Shown here: positions 1 to 10,307 of the stretch, in pieces
How the letters are laid out: each line of letters begins with the position of its first letter
Position numbering within the stretch: the first letter of the stretch is position 1
Assembly (NCBI GenBank): GCA_033854175.1
Contig: JAWOKN010000018.1
Coordinates: forward strand, 22,039-86,038
DNA length: 64,000 bases
From: Bacteroidota bacterium
GTDB taxonomy: Bacteria; Bacteroidota; Ignavibacteria; UBA10030; SZUA-254
Reading direction: 5' to 3'
Made by a program: the position numbers and the translations under genes
Notes under the pieces: generated by a model
Told to the model about the DNA's origin: nothing
Databases searched by the model: none
What the model saw: the letters and a program-made list of their open reading frames with translations, nothing else

Positions 1-196
1 CCAGATCGGTCAGATCATTCAGGACGTAGACACCGCTGGCCGTAAGTGAAAAAAGGAGAAAGGCTGCGGTGACCTCAGACAAAAAACTGGCATGAAAGAG
101 GTTTCCGGAAAAGATCAGGGCCGCGTAAATGAAGAAATTTTTTATCCATTGCTGCAGCCTCAGGGAAGCAATGATATATCGCAGCTTGTTAGTCAC
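1..196 (-). CDS. UbiA-family prenyltransferase, N-terminal part only (3' end runs off the window start)
   Basis: Minus-strand frame starting at GTG ~196, 5 nt after the mutase stop, translates without stops to VTNKLRYIIASLRLQQWIKNFFIYAALIFSGNLF...LTASGVYVLNDLTDL. The hydrophobic N-terminus with R-x-QW-x-KN and an NDxxDxxxD-like Asp-rich motif is typical of the UbiA/DPPR prenyltransferase family. Partial gene, so the identity is tentative. Confidence 0.4.
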   Translation of the reverse strand, partial: MTNKLRYIIASLRLQQWIKNFFIYAALIFSGNLFHASFLSEVTAAFLLFSLTASGVYVLNDLTDL

Positions 197-198
197 AA

Positions 199-1872
199 TC
201 AAAACACTGCGGGTTCTTCATAGACACCAAATACTTCCGCAAGAGCATTGCACATTTCACCGAGCGTGACATAGGCGTGCGTGCAGTCAATGAGACACGG
301 GATGAGGTTGCCGCCGTCCGATCCTGCCTGCCGCAGGGCGTCGAGCGTTTCCGCGACTCGCCCGGCGTCACGGCCCGCACGGACATCACTGAGCCGTCTG
401 CGCTGCTTCACCTCGACCTCGGGCGATATGGTGAGCAGGGGAATCTCGATCTTCTCCTCCGGTTCCACGAATTCGTTGACACCGACAATAATTTTCTCCT
501 TCCGGTCCAGTTCCTGCTGATACCGATACGCGGCGTCTGCAATCTCCCGCTGGAAGAATCCTGCCTCGATCGCCGCAACGACACCGCCGAGAGCGTCGAT
601 TTTTTCAAAATACGCCTCCGCCTCCTTCTCCATCCTGTCCGTCATCGCCTCGACGAAATAACTCCCCGCAAGAGGATCGATGGTGTTGGTGACACCGATC
701 TCGTGTGCGATAATCTGCTGCGTCCGGAGTGCGATCTTGACGGCTTTTTCGGATGGAAGCGCAAGTGTCTCATCCATCGAATTGGTATGGAGCGATTGCG
801 TACCGCCTAATACACCCGCAAGTGCCTCATACGCCGTCCGGACGATGTTGTTTTCGGGTTGCTGCGCGGTCAGCGAACAACCGGCTGTCTGTGTGTGGTA
901 CCGGAGCATCCAGGAACGGGGATTTTTCGCGCCATACTTGTTCCGCATCCTCCGCGCGTAAATCCTCCGCGCCGCCCTGAATTTTGCTATCTCCTCGAAA
1001 AAGTCGAGATGGGAATTGAAAAAATAGGAAAGACGCGGAGCAAAATCATCAATATCAAGCCCCTTGGCCATCCCTGCCTCAACATACGCAAATCCGTCCG
1101 CAAGCGTGAATGCCAGCTCCTGCACCGCGGTCGATCCCGCCTCACGGATGTGATATCCGCTGATCGATATCGGGTTCCATTGCGGCATCTCGCGCGTGCA
1201 GAATTCAAACATATCCGTGATGATTCTCATCGAGGGTGAAGGAGGATAAATCCATTCCTTCTGGGCAATGTACTCCTTGAGGATGTCAGCCTGAATCGTC
1301 CCGCGCAACTGGTCCAAACGCGCCCCCTGCTTCAGGGCAACGACAACGTAGAGGGCCAGGAGCATCGCGGCAGGAGCGTTGATGGTCATTGATGTCGATA
1401 TGTCCGCGAGCCGGATACCCTTGAAAAGAACCTCCATATCGGCAAGCGAACTGACCGAGACACCGCAAATCCCCACCTCCCCCTCGGACTGGGGATCATC
1501 GGCATCACGCCCCATGAGCGTCGGCAAATCGAAGGCCACGGAAAGACCATGCTGGCCACGCGTCAAAAGATAATGATATCGTTCGTTGGTGTCCTCGGGC
1601 GTTCCAAAACCGGCAAATTGCCGCATGGTCCATAACTTGCCGCGATACATCGTCGAATGGATTCCACGCGTATAGGGGAACTCGCCGGGATAGCCCAGAT
1701 CGGTCAAATAATTGATATGCGCGATATCCCCGGGTGTGTAGAGGATGTTGACGCTTTCACCCGATATCGTGGTAAATTTTAAAGGAAGAATCTTTGCAGA
1801 CGAGACTTTCTGTCTCCAGGTACTTTCCATATCACCTGCCTTATCCCGTTTATTCGTCTCCATATTCCTCAA
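199..1872 (-). CDS. methylmalonyl-CoA mutase family protein, catalytic (large/N-terminal) subunit without a B12-binding domain
   Basis: 557 aa. Strong family signature throughout ([40 protein letters not shown]...[20 protein letters not shown]...). The length matches the substrate-binding TIM-barrel half only; no B12-binding subunit or MeaB-like gene is adjacent. Confidence 0.85.
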   Translation of the reverse strand: MRNMETNKRDKAGDMESTWRQKVSSAKILPLKFTTISGESVNILYTPGDIAHINYLTDLGYPGEFPYTRGIHSTMYRGKLWTMRQFAGFGTPEDTNERYHYLLTRGQHGLSVAFDLPTLMGRDADDPQSEGEVGICGVSVSSLADMEVLFKGIRLADISTSMTINAPAAMLLALYVVVALKQGARLDQLRGTIQADILKEYIAQKEWIYPPSPSMRIITDMFEFCTREMPQWNPISISGYHIREAGSTAVQELAFTLADGFAYVEAGMAKGLDIDDFAPRLSYFFNSHLDFFEEIAKFRAARRIYARRMRNKYGAKNPRSWMLRYHTQTAGCSLTAQQPENNIVRTAYEALAGVLGGTQSLHTNSMDETLALPSEKAVKIALRTQQIIAHEIGVTNTIDPLAGSYFVEAMTDRMEKEAEAYFEKIDALGGVVAAIEAGFFQREIADAAYRYQQELDRKEKIIVGVNEFVEPEEKIEIPLLTISPEVEVKQRRRLSDVRAGRDAGRVAETLDALRQAGSDGGNLIPCLIDCTHAYVTLGEMCNALAEVFGVYEEPAVF

Positions 1873-2130
1873 AATCGCTGAAATTTATTGAATTCCCCGT
1901 CATTTAAGATACGAATTCATGCGGATTATTCAAATTCGGTTCAACAGAGGTGCAGCCCGAAAACGAAGAACCTTCTGCCCGCCCCCCGTGCGCCCCCGAT
2001 GAGGAATTCAGGCGGACGGAATATTCGCGCATTCTCCTCCTTTCCCCAACCACAGGCATGGATGCAGACAGCCGATAGGTCCCCTCCAACCCCGGAGATT
2101 CGTCAACTAAGACAGACTTTCCTTTGGGGA

Positions 2131-2838
2131 TTAATAATAACGCAACCCGGGATACAGGATGTTGATGCATCGGAGATGAATCGGCGGAAAAATGGAACCG
2201 AAGAGGTTCCAGGCAAGAAATAAACCGATGATGACAAGGGGCGAGCGGCGGACAAGGATCAAATATTTCCGCGCCGTCGTTCCGGGCAGGATGAGAGGAA
2301 CAATACCACTCCCGTCGAGAGGCGGAAACGGTAAAAGGTTGAACAGAAAAAGGAGGAGATTCAAGGAGAACATGATGCTGAAAAATGTGGCAACGGGCGC
2401 GAACAATCCCGGATCGGTGGCGGCGGTGATGTGGGAAAACGTGATCCTCGCCGGGGGATAAAACAGCTGATAGACAACACCCAGTCTGATCGCAAGCCCG
2501 GCTCCGGCAACCAGACAAAGATTCATTGCAGGTCCGGCGAGCGCCATGAGCCCCGACCGCCTCGGGTGCTGAAATGACCATTCAAAATTATAGGGAACAC
2601 TCGCCCAACCGATCATCCATCCTCCAAAAACATACGACAAGAGGGGAACGATGACCATGCCAAAGGGTTCCCGGCGAATATGCGGGAGTGGATTGAGTGT
2701 CACATGCCCTCCCTCGTATGCTGTCACATCCCCAAGCCTCATGGCCGTGTAGGCATGCGAGGCTTCATGAAATGTGGTCGATGCTACAAACGCCAGATAC
2801 CAGAGCATCCCCTCGAAGATTTTCGTGGAGTCAATCAT
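2131..2838 (-). CDS. site-2 protease family (peptidase M50) membrane metalloprotease
   Basis: 235 aa. HEASHA (HExxH) zinc motif in a transmembrane helix plus the NLLPFPPLDGSGIV (LDG) motif; multiple hydrophobic segments. Confidence 0.8.
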   Translation of the reverse strand: MIDSTKIFEGMLWYLAFVASTTFHEASHAYTAMRLGDVTAYEGGHVTLNPLPHIRREPFGMVIVPLLSYVFGGWMIGWASVPYNFEWSFQHPRRSGLMALAGPAMNLCLVAGAGLAIRLGVVYQLFYPPARITFSHITAATDPGLFAPVATFFSIMFSLNLLLFLFNLLPFPPLDGSGIVPLILPGTTARKYLILVRRSPLVIIGLFLAWNLFGSIFPPIHLRCINILYPGLRYY

Positions 2839-2908
2839 CGGGCGTCATCGCTTGAGATCCCCTCCCGGGAGGATCATGAAACCGGAAATATCTGGTGTCA
2901 TATGATGT

Positions 2909-5900
2909 CTATTTCATCAAAGTCATTTTTTTGACGTCAGTAAATCCGGTATGACCGCCTCTTCCGGGGAAGGGGTTCGCAGCATCGAGTTTGTAAAAAA
3001 AGATACCGCTCGGAAGCCTGCTCGCATCATACGATATGTGGAACGTGCCCGGACCCTGGTTCGCATCGACGAGCGACGCGACGCGTTGTCCCAGCGTGTT
3101 GTAGACATTCAGCCGGACATGCGATCGGGCCGCGAGTGAATATGTCAATATCGTTGTTGAATTAAACGGATTCGGATAATTTTGGTACAAGGAATAGGCA
3201 AGCGGGGCCTCCGATTCCCTCTTCACATCGTCCGAGATCCGTTGCTGATACTTCACCAGGGTGAACACGCTCCAGGTTTGTCCCGACGTGGTCCCGGCCA
3301 CAATGACGCCGGTGTCGCTGTCAATGACAAGATCCGCGGGGACAATACTCGCATTGTGGGATTCAGACATCCGCGCGGTCCAGAGAATATTCCCGGATGT
3401 ATCATATTTCAATGTTATGGCGTCCGATATACCGTTTGAGTCCGTGCTCACACCGGTCATATAGATCTTCCCGGCCCGGTCCAGGACCATTTTTTTCAGC
3501 AGATTATCGCTCGAGGGTGCCCCGCTGTACCTCTGCACCCACTCCTGCTGTCCGTCAGGGGTATATTTGATGAGGATGAATTCCGGGTAGGTAAAATAGG
3601 CATTGTAGCTTGTGCCAGCGACATAGATATCCCCGTTCTGTCCCACCGCTACCGACACGGGTTCGTCCCTGTTGTTCGCGGGTCCGTTGTAGAGGGCGAC
3701 CCATTTCTGAACTCCCGCGGTGTCGTATTTCACCGTGACGATATCGTGCTCCGTCGTGGCACTTAATGTCCAGCCCGTCACGTAGATGTTCCCGTCAGAA
3801 TCCGCCGCGATCGCTACCGGACGGTCATCCAGATGAGAGGGGCCGTCATAGATCGCAGCCCACCTTTGGGTTCCGGTCGGTGAATACTTAACGGTGGCAA
3901 AATCCGTCGAACGGCGGCCGTTTCCACTTAATCCTGTCACATAGACGTTTTCGGACCTGTCAACCACCAGTGCAGTCATAAGGTCATTATCATCGTATGC
4001 GTCGTTGTACTGCGCCGACCACTGCTGAATGCCCGCGGGGGAGTATTTTACCGTGCTGAAATCGAAACCCGTTCCTTCATTGTAGGTGTAGCCGGATACA
4101 TAGACCGACTGCAGCCCGCTTACCGCAAGATGCGTTGCGAAGTTGTAGCTGCTCCCCGTCGCGCTGAAAGTTTTCGTCCAGTCGATCATCCCTTCGGGCG
4201 TGTACTGCATCGTGAGATAATTGAAGGAGGGCGCGCCGATTTCCTGGTCGTACCCGGTAATGACCAGGTTCCCGTTACCCATCATGTCGATGTCCCTCCC
4301 GATGTTCAGACTGTTGGCAGTCCCCTCATAGTAGTCACTCCAGATCTGGTTCCCGCCGTCATCACACTTGAACGTCGAACATGAGATCGACAGATTGGCA
4401 CTCTCGCTCTGCCCCGTAACATAGACATTTCCGTCCGGATCGGCGGTCACCGCACCCGTCATATCGCCGCTCGTCCCGGGGCCGTCATATCGCACCGGCC
4501 ATGACTCGATGGGCGGAAAGAGATATTTTATGATTGCAAAATCATACCCCGTCTGATCGTCGTAACTTGTGCCCCCGACAAATACGTTCGCACTGGAATC
4601 GACGACGATGCCGACTGCCTCATCGTCCAGACTCGAAGATCCATCGTACCGCTGAATCCACTGCAGGGCACCGTAGATATCATACTTCAACGTCGCAATA
4701 TCGATTCCTGATCCGGAACCCAGGCTGTTGCCGACCACATAGATATCCCCGGCAATGTCTGTCGTCAACGAGACGGCATAGTCGCTTCCATGGACTGGTC
4801 CGTCGTACTCCGCCCTCCAGGCGAGAACACCCGACGTATCATACTTCAACGTCAGAAAATCGAAACTCGACGCTGCATGATATGCCATTCCTGCAATGAC
4901 CGGAAAACCCTTGGGATCAAGCACGAGCCCCATCGGCTCCTTGTCGGATGTTTCGTTCCCCTGATAAATTGCATTCCAGATGAGATCCCCCGCCGTCGTG
5001 TATTTCAGCAACACGACGTTTGATGAGGTTTCCCCGCCATAGATTTTCCCGGTTACGTAAACGATATCATTGACATCGACGGCGATTGCCCGCCCGTAGT
5101 CCGCACCGTCCCCGGGTCCGTTGAAATACTTCGCCCATTGCTGCACACCGTTTGTGTCATACTTCAACAGCAGAATGTCATTCGACGTGTTCGGACGGAC
5201 CGTGGTTCCCGTGATGTAGATATTCTGTTCGTGATCCATCGCGATACCGGAGGGAATATCGTCGTGGTTGTACCAGAAATTGTACCGGCTTGCCCAGAGC
5301 AGATAACCATCCGGAGTGTATCGCAGCGTGACAATATCGTTGAAGGTGTTCGGGCTGTAGCTTGTACCGGTAACGATAATCCCTCCGTTGCCATCGATGG
5401 CCAGAGCCACAGCCTTGTCATCCAGACTATCGGGACCGTTGTACGTCTGGATCCAGGATACAGCCCCCGAGGATGACACGACCGACGTGAGGATGTCATA
5501 ATCCCCCTTCTGGCTTCTTGCATACCCCGCCAGCACCAGATTCTGATTCTGGTCAAGTTTACACGCCACCACCGACGGGTTGATGAGATCCGGAAGAATG
5601 GTCTTCCATATAAAATTGAGTTTGTTATCGTATTTCACGACCGCAATCGATTGCCCGTTCGAACCACAGAGGTAGATATGGCCGGTCGGATCGACCGCCA
5701 TTCCACCCAGCCGGTCATCGGTGTTCCCGAGATCTACCGTGATCGCGAGCTGGCCCTGCTGATAATATGAATACTTCAACACCTCGATGTCAAAACTGTT
5801 CGCGATTACCGGTCCGCAGATAAAAATGTTGGTGTTGTTGTCATTCACGATACCCGTCGGAACAGCGTCACTTCCGTTCGGGACAAAACGGTCGGTGAGG

Positions 5901-7306
5901 ATCTCCTTCCCCGTTGAGTCGTATTCAATCGTCAGATATGAGAATGCCGTCGTACTGTCGAACCGCGAATATCCCGTCACGTAAATATGCCCCTCCGTTG
6001 ATACAGCAGTCCCGATGGCATAATCATCCCCATGGTAGGGATTGTCGTAGAGCTGTTCCCAAACGATGCTGCCCGTGGCATGATCGTATTTGACCGTGAG
6101 GTAATTGGCGGATCCTCCGGAAGTGACGACGCCGGTGACAATAATATTTCCGTTGTTGTCCCGCGCAATACCTGTGGTTTTTTTCGGCCCGGAATTTACT
6201 CCGTTATACACCGATGTCCAGTGTAACACCCCCCCGGAGGAGTACTGAAGAACCAGATAGGACATCGCGGGGTCGCTCGTCCCGGTAAATCCCGCGATAT
6301 CCACATTCCCGCTGTCATCTGCAATGATTCCTGTCGAGTAATCCGTTCCGGCGGTCGAGTAAAATGCCCTCCACTGCTCGGCCCCTTCCTGATCATACTG
6401 AAGAGTGATAATGTCCAATCCGGTACCCGATCCCTCAGTCATACCCGTGTAACAGACTGTTCCGCCGGGATTGACGAAAAGACCGGTCGGTTTGTCTGCT
6501 CCGTGAGACGGACCGTCAAAAAGTCTCACCCACCGTTCGCCACCGCCGGGTGAGTACGATATCAGGACGATGTCGTCATCCGTTCCGGTGTCATAACAGT
6601 AACCCAGGATATAACAGTTCCCCGAGGTATCAACCCCGACGGCAATGGCGACATCATTGCTGTCTCCCGTCCCCTGATACGTGTTCGTCCAGATCGTATT
6701 CCCCGAGGAATCGTACTTGACGGTGAGGATATCCGTTCCCCTTGTCGGATCGACCGTGTAGCCGGTAACATAAACATTATGCCCGCGGTCGACAGCCACG
6801 GCGAAAGGTTCTGAATATCCGTTGTCCGGACCCGAGGACCGCGCTTCCCACCTCAAATCCCCCCGTCGGTCATACTTCATCGTCAAAAAGTCCCCGTCAC
6901 TGTAGGTCCGCTGACTGACAGCCGTAACATAGACGTTACCATTGCTGTCCGCAGCGATCGCATTTGGATAATCCGAGGATGGTACCAGATCGGATGAGAA
7001 GTGCCTCGCCCAGGCGACTCCGACGCTTTCTCCCGATGCAACCGATAAATCGACTCTTGGAGGAACGATGGAAAATGGGGACTTTTGCGTGCGATCGCGG
7101 AACCGGTCCGCTGGTGATGATCCATGCCGACCTGCTTGTATGTGCGGACTCGGAATACCGAGATAGCCGAGACGCGCAGGAATTTCAGCGTGAGGAGGCA
7201 TTTTGCGGGAAGGGACAGAGTCTGCCCCCCCCTTCACCTGCGGATGCGCAAGAGTGAGAATGAAGAAGGTGAGATACAACATCACTACGCTGTCTCTTAA
7301 CCTCAT
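2909..7306 (-). CDS. giant secreted SBBP (beta-propeller) repeat protein with a T9SS C-terminal sorting domain
   Basis: 1465 aa. N-terminal signal peptide (MRLRDSVVMLYLTFFILTLAHPQV). About 25 degenerate ~45-55-aa repeats of the type YDxxGxxxWxxxYNG...D.A.AIAVDxxGNIYVTG, which match the SBBP beta-propeller repeat. The C-terminus (...YSLYQNYPNPFNSTTILTYSL...VRLNVYNTLGQRV...GIFFYKL) is a typical Por_Secre_tail/T9SS CTD. Confidence 0.7.
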   Translation of the reverse strand: MRLRDSVVMLYLTFFILTLAHPQVKGGADSVPSRKMPPHAEIPARLGYLGIPSPHIQAGRHGSSPADRFRDRTQKSPFSIVPPRVDLSVASGESVGVAWARHFSSDLVPSSDYPNAIAADSNGNVYVTAVSQRTYSDGDFLTMKYDRRGDLRWEARSSGPDNGYSEPFAVAVDRGHNVYVTGYTVDPTRGTDILTVKYDSSGNTIWTNTYQGTGDSNDVAIAVGVDTSGNCYILGYCYDTGTDDDIVLISYSPGGGERWVRLFDGPSHGADKPTGLFVNPGGTVCYTGMTEGSGTGLDIITLQYDQEGAEQWRAFYSTAGTDYSTGIIADDSGNVDIAGFTGTSDPAMSYLVLQYSSGGVLHWTSVYNGVNSGPKKTTGIARDNNGNIIVTGVVTSGGSANYLTVKYDHATGSIVWEQLYDNPYHGDDYAIGTAVSTEGHIYVTGYSRFDSTTAFSYLTIEYDSTGKEILTDRFVPNGSDAVPTGIVNDNNTNIFICGPVIANSFDIEVLKYSYYQQGQLAITVDLGNTDDRLGGMAVDPTGHIYLCGSNGQSIAVVKYDNKLNFIWKTILPDLINPSVVACKLDQNQNLVLAGYARSQKGDYDILTSVVSSSGAVSWIQTYNGPDSLDDKAVALAIDGNGGIIVTGTSYSPNTFNDIVTLRYTPDGYLLWASRYNFWYNHDDIPSGIAMDHEQNIYITGTTVRPNTSNDILLLKYDTNGVQQWAKYFNGPGDGADYGRAIAVDVNDIVYVTGKIYGGETSSNVVLLKYTTAGDLIWNAIYQGNETSDKEPMGLVLDPKGFPVIAGMAYHAASSFDFLTLKYDTSGVLAWRAEYDGPVHGSDYAVSLTTDIAGDIYVVGNSLGSGSGIDIATLKYDIYGALQWIQRYDGSSSLDDEAVGIVVDSSANVFVGGTSYDDQTGYDFAIIKYLFPPIESWPVRYDGPGTSGDMTGAVTADPDGNVYVTGQSESANLSISCSTFKCDDGGNQIWSDYYEGTANSLNIGRDIDMMGNGNLVITGYDQEIGAPSFNYLTMQYTPEGMIDWTKTFSATGSSYNFATHLAVSGLQSVYVSGYTYNEGTGFDFSTVKYSPAGIQQWSAQYNDAYDDNDLMTALVVDRSENVYVTGLSGNGRRSTDFATVKYSPTGTQRWAAIYDGPSHLDDRPVAIAADSDGNIYVTGWTLSATTEHDIVTVKYDTAGVQKWVALYNGPANNRDEPVSVAVGQNGDIYVAGTSYNAYFTYPEFILIKYTPDGQQEWVQRYSGAPSSDNLLKKMVLDRAGKIYMTGVSTDSNGISDAITLKYDTSGNILWTARMSESHNASIVPADLVIDSDTGVIVAGTTSGQTWSVFTLVKYQQRISDDVKRESEAPLAYSLYQNYPNPFNSTTILTYSLAARSHVRLNVYNTLGQRVASLVDANQGPGTFHISYDASRLPSGIFFYKLDAANPFPGRGGHTGFTDVKKMTLMK

Positions 7307-7439
7307 GATGATCGCGGCTCAGATATGACCTGTTTGGATATCGGTTATATGGGGATACAGCCCTTTTTCCCCATCACCTCTATACCTTTATACAGTAATA
7401 ACCACCAGGAAGTTCCAGAACATAATGTATTTCAACTAT

Positions 7440-9275
7440 TTATGAGGTTCTGCCGAACCTTTTATCAAGTTCGGTCACCGAAATTTTTATGCTGACAGGC
7501 CTTCCATGCGGACAGACGTAGGGTACTTCGGTCGCAAAGAGCTGGTCGAGTAATGCCTGCATCTCGGTCTGATTCAGGGATTCTCCGGCTTTGACAGCCG
7601 CACGACAGGAATAGGATTTGGCGAGTTTTTCCCTCGGCTCGAGTCCCACATTGTGCTCATCCTCCTTGTACAAATCGAGTATATCCCGGAGAATTGTCTT
7701 TTCATTCCCCGGCCGTATATCTGCCGGAACCCCGTCGAGAATAACCGTCGTTTTCCCAAAAATTTTGAAGGAAAATCCGAGGTCTTCCATTAACGGGAGC
7801 ATTTCCTGAAGTAACGCGACATCACCGGCCGGCATTTCCTGAACGATGGGAAATAACAATTGCTGCACCGGGGCGGAATGCCTGCCAAAACATTTCACGG
7901 TCCTCTCGTACAGGACTCGCTCGTGCGCGGCATGCTGATCGACGAGCATGACCCCGTTCTCAATCGGAATGAGAATGTACTTGGCATGGAGCTGCATGAG
8001 GACCGGAGCCGGTATCTGCACACCGGGGAGATCACCCCCCTGTTGTACCGCTCCGGTGGCCCCGAAACCTCCATCCCTACCCCCCTTGACGTCACTACCC
8101 GTCCCACCCCGTTCCGGCTGGATCTGCCCGGACCCGAGCGATGCATGACCGCTCTCCGCACCGCCACCGAGCAATTCCCGCCAATTCATTATCCTGTTCA
8201 CCGAACCCTTGTCGGGAAAAGCGGACGTAAACGCCGCCCGGTCCGATTGCGAGCCCGGGCCCTTCACCTCCATAACGGGGAGAAGATCGTGTGCTGAGAG
8301 GGCATGCTGGACGCTGTGATACACCGTCCGGTACATCAGTGATTCATCCTCAAATTTCACCTCCATTTTTGAGGGATGGACGTTGACATCGACCTTGCGC
8401 GGATCGAGTGTCAGAAAAAGGGTAAAGAAGGGGAAACTTCCCTTCTCCAGCAGGTGCTCGTATCCCTTGAGAACGGCGTGGGATATGCTCCGATTGAGGA
8501 TGAACCGGCGGTTGAGAAAAATATATTGTTCGGCCCGGGTCTTCCTGGAGAAATCGGGTTTCCCAAGAAATCCGTGGAGCGTCACCGTAGGATGCTGTTC
8601 CTCGAAGTAAAATGCTGAACCGGCTGCCTTCTCACCAAACAGATCAGCAAGACGTTTCTGCAGGGTTGAAGACCGGAGGGAAAAAATTTTTTCCGTGTCG
8701 CTGAAAAAGGTCATCCCGATTTCCGGATACGCGAGCGCAATCCGGTGTACTGCCTCAAGACAATGGTGAAATTCTGTTGTGTCGCTTTTGAGGAAATTCC
8801 TCCTTGCGGGGGTGTTGTAGAAAAGATTCTTCACCATGATGGTTGTCCCCCGCGGCGAGGTATCCTCCGACGAATCAAGCACCGTGCCGCCGTGAACGAC
8901 AACCTTCGTCCCGACGGGCGTTTCCTCCCGGCGTGTTTTCAGCTCGACCTGCGAGACCGCCGCAACCGATGCCAGCGCCTCCCCCCGGAAACCGAATGTC
9001 CGGATGTTCTCCAGATCCTCATAGCTGGCGATTTTACTTGTCGAATGGCGCGCGAATGCCAGCACCGCATCCTCCGGACTCATCCCGTCACCGTCATCGA
9101 CGACCTGGATGAGCGATTTTCCCGCATCCTTCAGGATCACCGTGATCGAGGTCGCATGCGCATCAAGCGCGTTTTCGAGCAGTTCCTTGATCACCGATGC
9201 GGGCCGCTGCACGACTTCCCCCGCGGCGATTTTATTCGCCAGATGCTCGGGAAGGATTTTTATCAACGATGCCAT
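7440..9275 (-). CDS. mutL: DNA mismatch repair protein MutL
   Basis: 611 aa. N-terminal GHKL ATPase motifs (IKILPEHLANKIAAGEVVQRPASVIKELLENALDA...DDGDGM) and the conserved C-terminal dimerisation domain. Confidence 0.95.
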   Translation of the reverse strand: MASLIKILPEHLANKIAAGEVVQRPASVIKELLENALDAHATSITVILKDAGKSLIQVVDDGDGMSPEDAVLAFARHSTSKIASYEDLENIRTFGFRGEALASVAAVSQVELKTRREETPVGTKVVVHGGTVLDSSEDTSPRGTTIMVKNLFYNTPARRNFLKSDTTEFHHCLEAVHRIALAYPEIGMTFFSDTEKIFSLRSSTLQKRLADLFGEKAAGSAFYFEEQHPTVTLHGFLGKPDFSRKTRAEQYIFLNRRFILNRSISHAVLKGYEHLLEKGSFPFFTLFLTLDPRKVDVNVHPSKMEVKFEDESLMYRTVYHSVQHALSAHDLLPVMEVKGPGSQSDRAAFTSAFPDKGSVNRIMNWRELLGGGAESGHASLGSGQIQPERGGTGSDVKGGRDGGFGATGAVQQGGDLPGVQIPAPVLMQLHAKYILIPIENGVMLVDQHAAHERVLYERTVKCFGRHSAPVQQLLFPIVQEMPAGDVALLQEMLPLMEDLGFSFKIFGKTTVILDGVPADIRPGNEKTILRDILDLYKEDEHNVGLEPREKLAKSYSCRAAVKAGESLNQTEMQALLDQLFATEVPYVCPHGRPVSIKISVTELDKRFGRTS

Positions 9276-9284
9276 GGCTGACCG

Positions 9285-10307
9285 TCACGAATTCTTGCGT
9301 GTTTCAATACCCAGACCCGGCCGGTCCTGCAAGATCAGCTTGCCGTTGTCATTCCGGACACCGCAGAAGGGATCATTTGCAATCAGAATGTTTCCATCCA
9401 GATCCGCGTAATCAACCAGCGGTGAGAGCTGTGCTGCTCCGGATATGCCGACCGAACTCTCAATCATACATCCCAGCATCACCTTCATCCCCGCCGCCCT
9501 GGCGGCATGGATCATCCTAAAGGCTTCCCGCATCCCCCCGCATTTCATCAGCTTGATGTTGATGCCGTCGAATGCATCCTTCAAAGCGTAGATATCCCCG
9601 ATGGTTGTTATGCTCTCATCGGCGATGAGCGGAATGTGAACCTTTCCCCTCAGCCAGGCAATGTCGTCCAGACGGCCGGCCGCCATGGGCTGTTCGACGA
9701 ATTCCACCCCTTGCGACTCAAGCCAGAGAATTTTTTCCAGGGCCTCTTCCTTCGTCCCCCACCCTTCATTGGCGTCAACGCGTATCACCTTGGTGGTGAT
9801 ACCCCGGATGGTCGAGATGATTTCCCGGTCATTGGCTACCCCGAGCTTCACCTTCAGAATCGGATACGGTGAAGCCTCACGAACCTTCTGCTGAATGGCT
9901 TCAGGCGTATCGATGCCGATCGTCACGGACGTCAGAGGCGTCCTGCGGTCATCAAGACCCCAGTACCGCCACAGGGGAATGCCGAGCCGCTTCCCGATCC
10001 AGTCGTGGATGGCAATATCGACAGCCGCCTTGGCTGAAGAGTTCCCCTCCTCCAGAGAACCCACATACTGGAGGATTTCCTCCAGACGAAAGGGATCCCT
10101 GAACGACGACAGGTCGACTCGCGAAAGAAACGATGCAACGCTCTCCGGTGACTCGTTGTACCGGTTTGAGGGAGCTGCCTCACCGATACCTGTCACTCCG
10201 TCATGCTCGATCCGGAGGAGAACGTTTTTGGCACGATCGCGCGATCCACGCGTTATGGTAAACGTATGGCGGAGCTGCAACTCGATATGTTCGTACGTGA
10301 GGTTCAA
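9285..10307 (-). CDS. dipeptide (L-Ala-D/L-Glu) epimerase, enolase superfamily
   Basis: 340 aa. MR/MLE fold, YcjG/YkfB-like (GIGEAAPSNRYNES...KVKLG...DANEGW...). 10 nt downstream of ftsY. Confidence 0.75.
   Translation of the reverse strand: MNLTYEHIELQLRHTFTITRGSRDRAKNVLLRIEHDGVTGIGEAAPSNRYNESPESVASFLSRVDLSSFRDPFRLEEILQYVGSLEEGNSSAKAAVDIAIHDWIGKRLGIPLWRYWGLDDRRTPLTSVTIGIDTPEAIQQKVREASPYPILKVKLGVANDREIISTIRGITTKVIRVDANEGWGTKEEALEKILWLESQGVEFVEQPMAAGRLDDIAWLRGKVHIPLIADESITTIGDIYALKDAFDGINIKLMKCGGMREAFRMIHAARAAGMKVMLGCMIESSVGISGAAQLSPLVDYADLDGNILIANDPFCGVRNDNGKLILQDRPGLGIETRKNS

Noticed and set aside
1873-2130. 258-nt gap upstream of the mutase gene, checked for a cobalamin riboswitch
   Set aside because: No recognisable B12-box (e.g. 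the conserved GCCACUG-type core) was seen, and mutases are not typical riboswitch targets.
7340-7395. Hairpin ATGGGGA...TCCCCAT between mutL and the SBBP gene, as a possible terminator
   Set aside because: The T-run sits in the loop rather than 3' of the stem on either strand, so this is not a convincing intrinsic terminator.
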